A stretch of DNA of 64,000 nucleotides. It comes from Vicinamibacterales bacterium (GTDB taxonomy: Bacteria; Acidobacteriota; Vicinamibacteria; Vicinamibacterales; UBA8438). The position numbers and the translations under genes were made by a program. Shown one piece after another: positions 1 to 9,392 of this stretch. Under the pieces are notes generated by a model that was not told where the DNA came from, made no database searches, and saw only the letters and a list, made by a program, of their open reading frames with translations. The DNA lies in NCBI GenBank assembly GCA_965197395.1, contig CBDANB010000005.1, forward strand, positions 202,776 through 266,775, written 5' to 3'. Position 1 is the stretch's first letter, and every line of letters begins with the position of its first letter.

Positions 1-376
1 CTTGATTGGGCTCGAGCTCGGCATCTCGGTGGCCAGTGTGGCCCTGCGCCGCGAGCCGACCGGATGTCCGCGTGGGTGGCGGGCTGACGTCGTCGCCGTC
101 GCGAAGCGTGATCTCGCCACGGGCGACGTCCTGGACGGGGAGGGCGGCTACACGGTGTGGGGTCGTCTCATGCCCGTCGAGGCATCGGTAACCGGCGGCG
201 CGCTCCCGCTCGGCCTGGCCAACGGGGCGCGCGTGCGTCGCCCGGTCGGGTCGGGGGGCGTCGTCCGAACGGTCGACGTCGAGCTCGATGCGTCCTCCGA
301 GATCGTGCGCGCCCGTCGATCGATGGAGCAGCGCTTCGCCGACGAGCCGGCGCCGCTCTCTGTGCCGCTGCCATGA
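1..376 (+). CDS. C-terminal part of a SAF-domain NAD(P)-dependent oxidoreductase (homoserine-dehydrogenase-like); 5' end lies outside the window
   Basis: ORF 2..376. The motif AKRDLATGDVLDGEGGYTVWG...GALPLGLA is typical of the SAF-domain C-terminus of this family. The TGA stop overlaps the next start (ATGA). Confidence 0.5.
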   Translation, partial: LIGLELGISVASVALRREPTGCPRGWRADVVAVAKRDLATGDVLDGEGGYTVWGRLMPVEASVTGGALPLGLANGARVRRPVGSGGVVRTVDVELDASSEIVRARRSMEQRFADEPAPLSVPLP

Positions 377-1896
377 CGTGGGTCAAGAGGATCGTGCTGG
401 TGCTGGTAGCGGTCGTTGTCGCGGTGCCTGTGCTCCTGGTGGGGTTTGTCTGGCTGACCGTTCCGCTGAACGCGCCGTGGAAGAGCATGCTTCAGCAAGC
501 GAGCGCGCTACCGGCGTGGCTGGACCCGACGCCCATCTCACCCGAGCAAGTGGAGACACGCCTCGTCGCAGCCGAGGGCTACGGGGTGTCGCTGTTTGCG
601 ACCGGCATTGCCGACGCTCGCGCGCTGCGCGTCACGGCGGCGGGTGACGTCCTTGTGTCGACGCCGCGGGACGGGCACGTCCTCCTCCTCGAGTCCGATC
701 GTGACGGCGACGGGGCGGCGGATGGCCGGCGCGTGCTGATCGACGGCCTGATGCGGCCCAATGGACTGGACCTCGCAGGCGGGTACTTATACGTTGGCGA
801 GGAAGACGGCGTTGGCCGGATCAGGTTCGACCCACGAACGGGACGCGTCGACGGCGACTACGAGCGCATCATCGACGGATTGCCTGGCGGTGGAAACCAC
901 TGGAAGAAGACCATCCGTGTCGGTCCGGACGGCCTGCTGTACGTCGCGGTGGGATCCAGCTGTAACGTGTGCGTCGAGGACGACCCGCGTCGCGCGGCGA
1001 TCCTTCGCTATACGCCCGACGGCGAGGCGGTGGACGTCTTCGCGACGGGTCTTCGCAACAGCGCCGGGTTTGACTGGTCCCCGGCCACGGGCGCGCTGTA
1101 TGCCACTGACAATGGACGCGACCTGCTCGGGGACGACTTTCCGCCCTGCGAGCTCAATGAGGTCGTCGCGGGCGGATTCTACGGCTGGCCGTTCGCCAAC
1201 GGCGCGAATGTGCCGGATCCGGATCTGGGTGCAGCGCTCCAGGCGAGCGCCGCGCCCATTGCTCCCGTCCACGGATTCGACGCCCACACCGCGCCGCTCG
1301 GCATCGTCTTCCTGCGTGACGACAACCATTCGCCCGCGCATCGGACGGCCGCGCTCGTGGCGCTCCATGGGTCGTGGAACCGCACGACGAAGGACGGCTA
1401 CAAGGTCGTCTCGCTGCACTTCCTCCCGGATGGCACGATCGAGGAGCGCGATTTTCTCACCGGGTTCCTGGCGGAGGATGTGGCGATCGGCCGTCCCGCC
1501 GAGCTCGCTGAAGGTCCGGACGGCAGCATCTACGTGTCCGATGACTATGGCAGCGCGGTGTATCGCATCCGGTATGGCGACGCGAGGAGCGCGTCGATCG
1601 CCGGCCCGTCCGGTGACCGCAGCGCGGGCTACGACCCCGGCGCGGTGGGCGCGCCGCAGCGCGACGCCGCGCTGGCGGCCGGACCGAGTGTGCTCGCGAG
1701 CGAAGGCTGTCTCGCGTGTCATGCCGACTCGCCGGCGGGAGAACCGCCGGCGTTCGCGCTCGCCGATCTCGGGACTCGCTATACCATCGACGAGTTGGCG
1801 GAGTATCTGATGATGCCGCGGACGCCGATGCCGCCCTACGATGCGGATCCGGAGCGCCGCCGGTCGCTCGCGATCTACCTGCTGGAGACCTACTAG
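373..1896 (+). CDS. PQQ-dependent sugar (glucose/sorbosone) dehydrogenase with a C-terminal mono-haem cytochrome c domain
   Basis: ATG at 373 is in frame with ORF 157..1896. N-terminal TM/signal MTWVKRIVLVLVAVVV. Family motifs GGNHW, GSSCNVC, DNGRD and GFYGWP are present. C-terminal CLACH haem-c motif. Confidence 0.8.
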   Translation: MTWVKRIVLVLVAVVVAVPVLLVGFVWLTVPLNAPWKSMLQQASALPAWLDPTPISPEQVETRLVAAEGYGVSLFATGIADARALRVTAAGDVLVSTPRDGHVLLLESDRDGDGAADGRRVLIDGLMRPNGLDLAGGYLYVGEEDGVGRIRFDPRTGRVDGDYERIIDGLPGGGNHWKKTIRVGPDGLLYVAVGSSCNVCVEDDPRRAAILRYTPDGEAVDVFATGLRNSAGFDWSPATGALYATDNGRDLLGDDFPPCELNEVVAGGFYGWPFANGANVPDPDLGAALQASAAPIAPVHGFDAHTAPLGIVFLRDDNHSPAHRTAALVALHGSWNRTTKDGYKVVSLHFLPDGTIEERDFLTGFLAEDVAIGRPAELAEGPDGSIYVSDDYGSAVYRIRYGDARSASIAGPSGDRSAGYDPGAVGAPQRDAALAAGPSVLASEGCLACHADSPAGEPPAFALADLGTRYTIDELAEYLMMPRTPMPPYDADPERRRSLAIYLLETY

Positions 1897-1926
1897 GGGC
1901 ACCCGCCTCGTCTTGAGGAGCCTGTT

Positions 1927-3690
1927 ATGCGCCACCGGGTTCTCGGCTCGATCATCGGAGTCGCGTTTGCCATGTTGTCGCTCGCAGGGCCGTCCAGCGG
2001 GCAGGTCCCGGCCGGCTCGGCGGACGCCCCGGTCACGGATGCCATGCTGCAAGACCCCGCCCCCGGAGACTGGCTGATGTGGCGCCGGACGCTCAACGGA
2101 TGGGGCTACAGCCCGCTCGACGAGATCGACGAGGACAACGTCGGCGATCTGCGCCTCGTCTGGACGCGAGCGCTCAGCTCCGGCATGCAGGAAGGGACGC
2201 CGCTCGTCTACGACGGTGTCATGTACATGCCCAACCCCGGCGACCACATCCAAGCGCTCGATGCGCAGACGGGCGACCTCTTCTGGGAGCACCGCCGCGA
2301 AGTGCCGGACGACGTCGAGGACTACGTCTTCAGGGGCCTGTCCGCGACCAACCGCAACCTCGCCATCCACGGCACGTCCATCATCGACACCAGCGTCGAC
2401 GATTACGTCTTCGCGCTTGACGCCGCGACGGGTCGCCAGGTGTGGGAGACCCAGATCCTCGACTACAAGGTCAACCCGGCGACCCAGACGTCTGGTCCGA
2501 TCATCGCCAATGGCAAGGTGATCTCCGGACGGAGCTGCATGCCGGCCGGCGGCCCGGATGCCTGTGTCATCACGGCCCACGATGCGGCAACCGGCGCGGA
2601 GCTGTGGCGAAGGCGCACCATTCCGGCACCGGGCGAGCCGGGGGACGAGACGTGGGGTGACGTCCCCTTCGAGGAGCGGAAGCACGTCGGCACGTGGATG
2701 CCGCCGAGCTTCGACCCGGAGCTCAACCTGATCTATATCGGCACATCGGTCACCTCGCCGGCGCCGAAGTTCCTGCTGGGCGGGGCCGACAAGAAGCACC
2801 TCTATCACAACTCGACGCTCGCGCTCGACGCCGACACCGGCGAGATCGCCTGGTACTGCCAGCACCTGAACGATCACTGGGACCTTGATCACCCGTTCGA
2901 GCGGCTGCTGGTCAATACGGCCGTGTCGCCCGATGCGAGCCAGGTGAGCTGGATCAACCCGCGGCTCAGAGCCGGCGATGTGCGCAAGGTGATCACCGGG
3001 ATCCCGGGTAAGACCGGTGTGGTGTACACGCTCGACCGCGAGACGGGCGAGTTCCTGTGGGCGACGCCGACCGTCACGCAGAACGTGATCAGCAACATCG
3101 ACGGCGCCACCGGGGCGGTCACGGAGAACTCGGAGGTCGTCTTCAGCAGCGAGGGGCAAGACGTGCTCGCCTGCCCGCACGCGGTCGGCGGCAAGGACTG
3201 GGAAGCGGGCGCCTACAGCCCGCTCACCAACACGATGTACTACCCGCTGCGCAATGTTTGCGCGCGGATGATGGCGACGACCGAGGGCGGGCTTTAGCTG
3301 TATGCCCTGGCGATGCGTGGCCAGCTCGCGCCGGGCACCGACCAGGTCGGCACCGTCCAGGCGATTTCCGCGGAGACCGGGGAGATTACGTGGAAGCACG
3401 AGCAGCGGGCGGCCACCCTGTCGCTGGTGGCGACGGGCGGCGGCCTGGTCTTCGGCGGCGACGTCAACGGACGATTCCGGGCCCTGGATCAAGACACGGG
3501 CGAGGTGCTGTGGGAGATCAACCTCGGCTCGCCGGTCACCGGCTTCCCGATCACCTACGCCGTGGATGGCCGGCAGTATGTCGCCGTAAGCACGGGCACC
3601 GCGATCACCGTGTCGGCGCTCCTGCCGCTGTCGCCGGAGCTGCGGCCGAGCTCGGGGAACAACCTCTTCGTGTTCGCCCTGCCGGATTGA
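1927..3690 (+). pseudogene. PQQ-dependent dehydrogenase, methanol/ethanol family, interrupted by an in-frame TAG at 3295..3297
   Basis: ORFs 1927..3297 and 3313..3690 are in the same frame. Together they align end to end with the intact paralogue at 11869..13635. Signal peptide present. The protein ends NNLFVFALPD like the paralogue. Confidence 0.75.
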
Positions 3691-3716
3691 CGTCGCACCA
3701 ACACAAAAAAGGACGC

Positions 3717-5993
3717 ATGGCTCTGAACCCTGGTACCACACTCGGTCCGTACACCGTCACCGCCAAGATCGGCGAAGGGGGTATGGGCGAGGTGTATCGC
3801 GCCCGTGACACCAAGCTCGACCGGGACGTGGCGCTCAAGGTGCTGTCGGATTCGTTTACGTCCGACCCGGATCGCCTGGCGCGCTTCGAGCGGGAAGCGA
3901 AGCTCCTCGCCTCGTTGAACCACCCCAACATCGGACACATCTATGGGCTGGAAGAGGCTGAGGGCGGCGCGTCGAACCTTAGGGCCCTGGTCCTCGAGCT
4001 CGTGGAAGGGCCCACGCTGGCGGACCTCATCGGCCAAGGGCCGATACCAATCGACGACGCGTTGCCCATCGCCCGGCAGATCGCGGGGGCCCTCGGTGCC
4101 GCGCATGGGCAGGGGATCATCCATCGGGATCTGAAACCGGCGAACGTCAAGGTACGCGACGATGGCACGGTCAAGCTGCTCGACTTCGGTTTGGCCCGAC
4201 CGGTCGCCGAAGACGACATGCGGACCGTGGCCGAGGTGACGTTGGCGGGCCGCGTCTTCGGGACGCCCGGCTACATGGCGCCCGAGCAGCTCTCGTCGGC
4301 GGATGTCGACGCGCGGGCGGACCTGTTCGCGACCGGGGTGGTCCTGTACGAGATGGTGACGGGACAGCGGCCGTTCGGTGGCGCGACCCCGATGGCCGCG
4401 TTCCACGCGGTGATGTACGAACGGCCGCCCGCCCTGACCGGGTCAGGTGCGATCGAGGCCGTCGACCGGATCATCCATCGAGCACTCGAGAAGAAGCCGG
4501 CGGATCGCTATCAGACCGCGGCCGCGCTGGCCGAGGACCTCGGGGCCGCGATGGGCCGGTCCGACACCGGCGTGTCGCCGCAACCGCGTGCCGTGACCCG
4601 CCTGGTGGTGCTGCCGTTTCGGGTGCTCCCCCCCGATCCGGAGACCGACTTTCTCGCGGTCGGCCTCGCGGATGCGATCACCGGCTCGTTGTCTGGGCTG
4701 GAGTCGCTCGTGGTGCGGTCCAGCCTCGCCGCCGCGCCCCTCGCGGGAGGGACCCCGGATCTCCGGGCGATCGCGACGGAGCTCGACGTCGATGCCGTGC
4801 TCGCCGGGACGTTGATGCGCGCGGGCGATCAGCTCCGCGTCAGTGCCCAACTGCTCGAGGCACCCGCTGGGACGGTGATGTGGTCCGGGAACGCGCAGTC
4901 GCGTCTGGGCGATCTGTTCGCGTTGCAGGATGAGTTTTCGCAGCGCATCGTCGAATCGCTGTCCATCCCGCTGTCGCGACGTGAGGAGCAGCTCCTGAAG
5001 CGCGACGTCCCGGCGACGGCACGCGCGTATGAGTACTACCTGCGTGGCAACCAGCACGCGAACAGGCACAACACGGCCGAGCTGGCACGCGACATGTACG
5101 AGCAGTGCCTGGCGGAGGATCCTCTGTACGCTCCCGCGTGGGCCCGAATCGGGCGAATGCACCGGATCGTCGCCAACCGGGGTGATAGGGCGGCGGCCGT
5201 CGAGTCCCATCGGAAGGCGGAAGAGGCCTTCACGCGCGCGCTCGAGGTCAACCCGGACTTATCCCTGGCGCACAATCTCTACGCGTATCTGGAGGTCGAC
5301 CTCGGCCGTGCCCGGGAGGCGATGGTTCGGTTGCTCGCGCGCGCGCGCCAGCAGCGCGCCGATCCGGAGCTGTTCGCCGGATTGGTGCACGCCTGCCGCT
5401 ACTGTGGTCTCCTCGAGGCCTCGGTCGCGGCGTATGAGAACGCGAAACGGTTCGATCCCCATATCCGCACGAGCGTGTGTCACACATTTCTGATGCTGGA
5501 GGATTACCGCCGCGCCATCGAGACCGAGCATACGGATGGTTTGGGGTTGATGCAGGTCCTGTCGGCCGTCCGTCAAGGCCGAGGTGAGGAGATGATCGGG
5601 ACGCTCCGAGAATTCGAACAGACAGTGCCCGGGACGATGCAGGAGGCGGTTCGAGCGGGCATCGCGACGATCGAGAGCAGAGCCGAGGGCTTCGCCGTGG
5701 CCTTCGACCGGTCAATACAGGGAATCCGTGACCCGGAATTCCTCTACCAATGGGCGCTGATGGCCAGCCAGGTCGGTGACACGACGCGGGCCCTCGACAC
5801 GCTCGAACGAGTGGTCGATCGCGGGTGGTGCTGCGCAGCGAGCATGGCGCGCGATCCGTGGCTCGACCACGTGCGCGACGAGCCCCGGTTCATCACGCTC
5901 CTGCGCAAGGCGGAGGGGCGGCATCGAGCGGCCGCCGCCGCGTTTCGGGAGGCGGGTGGTGAACGGCTGCTCGGCGTCACGACGACGCGCTAG
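3717..5993 (+). CDS. Ser/Thr protein kinase with a long C-terminal TPR-like/regulatory region
   Basis: ATG at 3717 follows an A-rich spacer. Motifs GEGGMGEVYRA, HRDLKPANV, DFGLA and GTPGYMAPE. The C-terminal ~450 aa are helical-repeat-like. Confidence 0.85.
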   Translation: MALNPGTTLGPYTVTAKIGEGGMGEVYRARDTKLDRDVALKVLSDSFTSDPDRLARFEREAKLLASLNHPNIGHIYGLEEAEGGASNLRALVLELVEGPTLADLIGQGPIPIDDALPIARQIAGALGAAHGQGIIHRDLKPANVKVRDDGTVKLLDFGLARPVAEDDMRTVAEVTLAGRVFGTPGYMAPEQLSSADVDARADLFATGVVLYEMVTGQRPFGGATPMAAFHAVMYERPPALTGSGAIEAVDRIIHRALEKKPADRYQTAAALAEDLGAAMGRSDTGVSPQPRAVTRLVVLPFRVLPPDPETDFLAVGLADAITGSLSGLESLVVRSSLAAAPLAGGTPDLRAIATELDVDAVLAGTLMRAGDQLRVSAQLLEAPAGTVMWSGNAQSRLGDLFALQDEFSQRIVESLSIPLSRREEQLLKRDVPATARAYEYYLRGNQHANRHNTAELARDMYEQCLAEDPLYAPAWARIGRMHRIVANRGDRAAAVESHRKAEEAFTRALEVNPDLSLAHNLYAYLEVDLGRAREAMVRLLARARQQRADPELFAGLVHACRYCGLLEASVAAYENAKRFDPHIRTSVCHTFLMLEDYRRAIETEHTDGLGLMQVLSAVRQGRGEEMIGTLREFEQTVPGTMQEAVRAGIATIESRAEGFAVAFDRSIQGIRDPEFLYQWALMASQVGDTTRALDTLERVVDRGWCCAASMARDPWLDHVRDEPRFITLLRKAEGRHRAAAAAFREAGGERLLGVTTTR

Positions 5994-6021
5994 CAGAGCG
6001 TCGCAGCTCTCTTGCGCAACC

Positions 6022-6080
6022 GTCGTAGGGCAGGACTTCAGTCCTGCCAAGGGCACGGCTAAAGCCGTGCGCTACGTGCG
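6022..6080. repeat. REP-A element: GTCGTAG, two hairpins, then GCTACG
   Basis: Hairpins GGCAGGAC-TTCA-GTCCTGCC and GCACGGCT-AAA-AGCCGTGC. Same architecture as 16181..16237. Confidence 0.6.
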
Positions 6081-6105
6081 GTTCCGTCCGCCGCGGACTG
6101 CGGTC

Positions 6106-6576
6106 CTAGCGGATGTTCAGCAGCTCGATATCGAAGACGAGCATTGCACCGCCCGGGATCAGATCGCGAAAGCCGCGGTCGCCGTAGCCGAGGTCGGCGG
6201 GAATCCAGAACCGGCGCTTCTCACCCACGACCATCAATTGCACGCCCTCGGTCCAGCCGCTGATGACCCCGTCGAGCGGGAACGTCGCGGGTTGCCCTCC
6301 GGCGACCGAGCTGTCGAACATCATGCCGTCCGTGAGCCATCCGGTGTAGTGGACCGTCACGGTCGACGCCCGGTTTGGGCGCCGCGAGCCGTTACCGGCC
6401 TGCAAGACCTTGTGGGCGAGGCCCGACGCCGTGGTTTCCGCGTCCGCCGGCACCGCTGCCACGTCATCGGGCGCGGGGATCTGAGCCGTCGCCGCCGCCG
6501 CGAAGGCCAGCAGGACCACGGCGATTGTCGCGAGCGCTGGCCCTATCGAGAGAATCGTTTTCGCCGCATTCACCAT
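6106..6576 (-). CDS. FKBP-type peptidyl-prolyl cis-trans isomerase, exported
   Basis: 156-aa ORF with a signal peptide. FKBP core VTVHYTGWL.DG..FDSS...G.P..F.L..VI.GW.EG...M..G.K....IP..LGYG. Confidence 0.85.
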   Translation of the reverse strand: MVNAAKTILSIGPALATIAVVLLAFAAAATAQIPAPDDVAAVPADAETTASGLAHKVLQAGNGSRRPNRASTVTVHYTGWLTDGMMFDSSVAGGQPATFPLDGVISGWTEGVQLMVVGEKRRFWIPADLGYGDRGFRDLIPGGAMLVFDIELLNIR

Positions 6577-6627
6577 GCTGGGGATCTTATCTTACGAATC
6601 GCGACGTCGCGAACGGGCGGTTGCTCA

Positions 6628-7001
6628 CTAGCGCCCCGCCGGTCGCTCGAGGCGCAGGGTCGCGCGGACGTCCGCGGAGAACTGCTCGAGTTGATCGCCA
6701 AGCTCGATCCCGGTTGCGTCGGCGATACGGACCATCCGTTCGAAATTCGACGCCACGCCGCCGGCGTCGACCATCGCCGCTGGACCGAGCGCCGCGGTCA
6801 CGTCCTGGCGGGTCCGGGAGAGGGTCTCCTCGCCGTTGATGATGGCCGTCGCGAATGCTGCGAGCAGCCATGCATGGGCGCTGGTTCAATAGAAGCAGTC
6901 GTTGAGGACCGAGACCTTGCCCGCGATCAGCTCCATCTGCGGTCGGCTGAGGCTGCCCTGGGAGGCGCTCGGGTCACGGACTTGGTCATTGGGGCTGATG
7001 A
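6628..7001 (-). pseudogene. AhpD/carboxymuconolactone-decarboxylase-family fragment with an in-frame TGA (6886..6888) at the second Cys of the CxxC...H motif; selenoprotein or decayed gene
   Basis: Hand translation of the minus strand gives ..SLSRPQMELIAGKVSVLNDCFY[TGA]TSAHAWLLAAF...VASNFERMVRIADATGIELGD..RPAGR*. The only in-frame ATG (6934..6936) lies 14 codons before the motif. A second in-frame TGA sits at 7002..7004. Confidence 0.45.
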
Positions 7002-7118
7002 CTCAAGGCGAACCCTTCGCGGACCGGGGCCGCGACACCCGCATACGTGATCATGGGCTGCCCGTACAATACCCTGATACACGTCGCGCGTTCGGCCAGC
7101 CCCAAAGGAGAGTGCCGC

Positions 7119-8057
7119 ATGAGCCGCCGAGTGTCCTGCGCTGTCACGGTGTGGTGTGTTGTGGCCGTGATCGGATGGGCCGCCCATGCCCAGCAGACCG
7201 CGTCGCTGAGGGCGATGGTGCTGACGGGCCAGAACAATCACGGGTGGCAGGTCCTGAGCGCGCACTACAAGACGGTGCTGGAGGAAACGGGACTCTTTGA
7301 CGTCGACGTCGTGACGAGTCCCGCGAGTGGCGCTGACATGAGCGCGTTCCGGCCGAACTTCTCTGCCTACGACGTGGTGGTGCTCGAATACAACGGTGAT
7401 GAGTGGCCGACGCGCGTCCGTCAGTCGTTCGAGCAATACATGCGGAACGGCGGTGGCATGGTGTACGCGCATGCCGTGAACCACACGTTCACGGACTGGG
7501 TTGCCTTCAACGAGATGATCGGGATCGGTGGCTGGGGTGGGCGGGACGAACGGGCGGGCCCGTACGTCAAGTATCGCGGCGGCAAGATGGTCCTGGACTA
7601 TCGTCCCGGCCACGCCGGGGAATGCGTCGACGCCCACGCGTTCTCGGTCGTCACCCGCGACGCGGATCATCCGATCATGCGCGGGCTGCCTCCGGTGTGG
7701 CTGCACGGAACGGATGAGCTGTATAGCAACCAGCGCGGGCCCGCGAAGAACATGACCATCCTCGCCACGGCGTACTCCGATCCGAAGTACGAGGCCCATT
7801 GGGGTGTCGAGACACACGGAACCGGCGAGCACGAGCCGATGGTCTACACCATTCGCTACGGGGACGGCCGAGTGTTTGGCACCGCGATGGGGCATGTTGA
7901 CGGCGGTGCCGAGGTCGGGTCCGGGCCCTGGCCGGCGATTGAGTGCGTGGGCTTCAGCACGCTGATTCAGCGGGGCGCGGAATGGGCCGCGACCGGAGCG
8001 GTCACACAGGCCGTGCCGGATACGTTTCCGACAGCGGGCAACGTTGCGTTCCGATAG
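7119..8057 (+). CDS. ThuA-domain (trehalose-utilisation-like) protein, exported
   Basis: AAGGAG Shine-Dalgarno upstream of ATG 7119. Signal peptide MSRRVSCAVTVWCVVAVIGWAAHAQQ. ThuA-like core (VLTGQNNHGW, HPIMRGLP, MGH). Confidence 0.8.
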   Translation: MSRRVSCAVTVWCVVAVIGWAAHAQQTASLRAMVLTGQNNHGWQVLSAHYKTVLEETGLFDVDVVTSPASGADMSAFRPNFSAYDVVVLEYNGDEWPTRVRQSFEQYMRNGGGMVYAHAVNHTFTDWVAFNEMIGIGGWGGRDERAGPYVKYRGGKMVLDYRPGHAGECVDAHAFSVVTRDADHPIMRGLPPVWLHGTDELYSNQRGPAKNMTILATAYSDPKYEAHWGVETHGTGEHEPMVYTIRYGDGRVFGTAMGHVDGGAEVGSGPWPAIECVGFSTLIQRGAEWAATGAVTQAVPDTFPTAGNVAFR

Positions 8058-8140
8058 GGCATTCGGTTGTCGCGACGGTGACATGATGTGATGACGCACG
8101 GAGCCTACAGTTCGTCCACGAGTCAGAGGGAGATGTCAGC

Positions 8141-8614
8141 ATGCCGACACCACGCGACGCGCCATCGCGCAGAGCATTTCTGACCGCGACCGGGAGCGCT
8201 GCCGCCGTCGCCGCGTTCATGCCACGGGGGGCGAGCGCGGCAACGCTCACCGAGGTCGAACGCGCCAACGAGAAGGTCGTCAACGACTTCTGTGCGGCTT
8301 GGGTTACGCGCGACCCGGATCAGATTGGGAGCTACCTCGCCGAGGACGCCTCTTTCCGTGCGCTCGAAACGGCCCCGCGGACTGAGGGTCGCGCGGCCAT
8401 CATCGACAGTCTCCGCAGCTTTCTCTCGTCAGCCAGAAGCGCGCGGTTCGAGATGATTCGATCGACCGTCATCGGCAATACGGTGATGAACGAGCGGATC
8501 GACCACTTCGATACCGGAGACGACCAGCTCGCGTTCCACATTTCCGGTGTGTTCCTCGTGATCGACGGCAAGATCAAGGAGTGGCAGGACTACACCTGGC
8601 CGGAGGTGGAGTAA
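8141..8614 (+). CDS. Tat-exported NTF2/SnoaL-fold protein (limonene-1,2-epoxide-hydrolase-like)
   Basis: Twin-arginine signal SRRAFLTATGSAAAVAAF. The ~120-aa core resembles the LEH/SnoaL fold (NEKVVNDFCAAW..., IDGKIKEWQDY). Confidence 0.6.
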   Translation: MPTPRDAPSRRAFLTATGSAAAVAAFMPRGASAATLTEVERANEKVVNDFCAAWVTRDPDQIGSYLAEDASFRALETAPRTEGRAAIIDSLRSFLSSARSARFEMIRSTVIGNTVMNERIDHFDTGDDQLAFHISGVFLVIDGKIKEWQDYTWPEVE

Positions 8615-8639
8615 CCGGTAACCGGCTTTTCGTGGAGCC

Positions 8640-9392
8640 GTGGGTGGGTTGCGCGCGACGGTGAGCGACGACACGCGGTCTGGGCCCGGGGAGTGGATCG
8701 TTCGCCACTCCTACAACGTGCGCGTCTGCCATTGGGTCAACCTCATCGCGAGCGGGTATCTGCTCGTCAGCGGCGTCCACATCTTTCTGGATTTTCCCGA
8801 GCTCTACTGGGGCCATACCGGATACCAGGGCTACCCGGCGATCTTCAAGCTATCGGATTGGGGGATGTCCTGGGACCGGGCAGGTGAGTTGGGCGACCGG
8901 ATGTGGGGACGGAACTACCACATCACGTTTGCCTGGGTCTTCCTGCTCAACGGCGTGGTCTACGTCGGCTGGAACCTCGCAACGGGCTATTTTCGTGACC
9001 AGATGTCGTTGGCCCGCGTCGAGCTGACGCCGAGGCGGTTGTGGGCCGACCTGCGGCGTCACCTGCCGTGGCCCGGGTCGACGCGCGTCGCGACGAGCCG
9101 CGACGGCACGCTCCAGAAGGTCTCCTATCTCCTCCTCATCTTCGTGTTCGTTCCGCTCATGATCCTGACCGGGATCGCGCAGTCGCCCGGCATCACGGCG
9201 GCGGCTCCCGTCCTGCTCGACATTTTCGGTGGCCGGCAATCGGCACGGTCGCTGCACACCGTCGGCACGCTGGTGCTCGTCCTGTTCGTCGTCGTCCACG
9301 TGTTCGAGGTCGTGGCCACCGGCGCGTTCAATCGCATCCGCTCGATGATCACCGGCAAGTACGCGATCTCGAACCGTGAGGAGGAGTCATGA
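8640..9392 (+). CDS. Membrane b-type cytochrome (Ni/Fe-hydrogenase or thiosulfate-reductase PhsC-type cytochrome b)
   Basis: GTG start. VRHSYNVRVCHWVNL motif and several TM helices with conserved His. Overlaps the next gene by 4 nt. Confidence 0.65.
   Translation: MGGLRATVSDDTRSGPGEWIVRHSYNVRVCHWVNLIASGYLLVSGVHIFLDFPELYWGHTGYQGYPAIFKLSDWGMSWDRAGELGDRMWGRNYHITFAWVFLLNGVVYVGWNLATGYFRDQMSLARVELTPRRLWADLRRHLPWPGSTRVATSRDGTLQKVSYLLLIFVFVPLMILTGIAQSPGITAAAPVLLDIFGGRQSARSLHTVGTLVLVLFVVVHVFEVVATGAFNRIRSMITGKYAISNREEES

Noticed and set aside
3295-3297. In-frame TAG in the PQQ dehydrogenase as a pyrrolysine codon
   Set aside because: No pyl genes or PYLIS-like context are visible. The paralogue has ordinary residues at this position, and the lineage and enzyme family have no known Pyl usage. 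A nonsense mutation or consensus error is far more likely.
787-3741. Very long ORFs antisense to, or overlapping, well-supported genes (787..3741 -, 5776..7050 +, 6927..8099 -, 19419..20687 +, 21563..22825 +, 32065..33822 -, 36178..38106 -, 38110..39933 -, 52736..53704 +, 56716..57981 +, 60936..62291 -)
   Set aside because: Their translations are Arg/Pro/Gly/Ala-rich and low in complexity, with no recognisable motifs. They lie opposite genes with clear family signatures. This is the expected stop-codon-poor antisense artefact of high-GC DNA.
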